Source: Eledone cirrhosa (Eukaryota). Taken from it: 25,590 nt of DNA. Below the pieces are notes generated by a model that was not told where the DNA came from, ran no database searches, and saw only the letters and a program-made list of their open reading frames with translations. Each line of letters starts with the position of its first letter. Positions within the stretch are counted from its first letter, which is position 1. A program made the position numbers and the translations under genes. This document shows, one piece after another, positions 25,141-25,590 of this stretch. The DNA is taken from assembly GCA_964016885.1 (NCBI GenBank), contig CAXHJY010000662.1, forward strand, positions 1-25,590, written 5' to 3'.

Positions 25141-25590
25141 AATATAGACCAGCCATATGAAAAAAAAAAAGAAATACAAATATAAAAGCGGCTGCGAAAC
25201 AACAGAATATATCTAGATTTGAAAACGCAAGTGACAAATGATATCAGGTAATGAAAGAAAATGAGGAAGTAAAGTGTGGAATGTAAAGATATTAGGTAAG
25301 TGAATCAAAAATTAGGGGGGGGGGGGGGCTCACTGGTGGATGTGAAGTGAAAATAAAAATGAAAATAAAGTTAAAAATGAAAGTAAATCAGAAAGAGAAG
25401 TCTGTAAAGAGGATAATTTAAGGAAAGTGAAGAACAAGAGTTTATGGAGGATAAGTATCTGAAAATGAGTTAAGTTTATATGAGCTGAAAGCAAGTGTGA
25501 TTTCATATGTGGGCAACTTGTGAACATTTCTGTTTTTGTATTTAGACAGGTTTTTGGTGATTTAAGGTTCTGTAAAATCCAATATTTTTC

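Noticed and set aside
25180-25590. Possible host exon or splice acceptor near 25530-25550 and a 65-aa ORF
   Set aside because: Purine-rich low-complexity sequence with no recognisable protein; truncated by the window end.

Overview
Very AT-rich, eukaryotic, repeat-only window. The composition and repeat types look like a cephalopod/octopus genome, but that is inference. No host gene is supported, and nearly all ORF-track entries are (TA)n/(TG)n microsatellite translations. Real coding remnants are: a 5'-truncated Penelope-like element (PLE; RT + C-terminal GIY-YIG, 14564-16599), a second PLE GIY-YIG fragment (2682-3101), a 5'-truncated RTE-type LINE whose RT carries an inserted C4HC3 PHD-like finger (11461-12913, minus) and a Merlin/ISXO2-type transposase 3' end folded back on itself (5324-6182). 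Also present: two adjacent minisatellites (39 bp and 40 bp units), a tRNA-derived SINE and a TTAA-flanked MITE. The main signal not shown by the ORF track is at RNA level. I find about 14 type I hammerhead ribozyme (HHR) motifs, intact or degenerate, from several unrelated sequence families. Several sit in fold-back (inverted-arm) insertions between (TA)n tracts that share one architecture: one arm stops at a fixed point and the other carries a 50-130 nt extra tail. Highlights are a palindromic element with an HHR on each strand (2 copies, same apex), HHRs with greatly extended or branched stem II, and a co-oriented HHR pair 427 nt apart. All ribozyme calls are by-eye folds and are untested.
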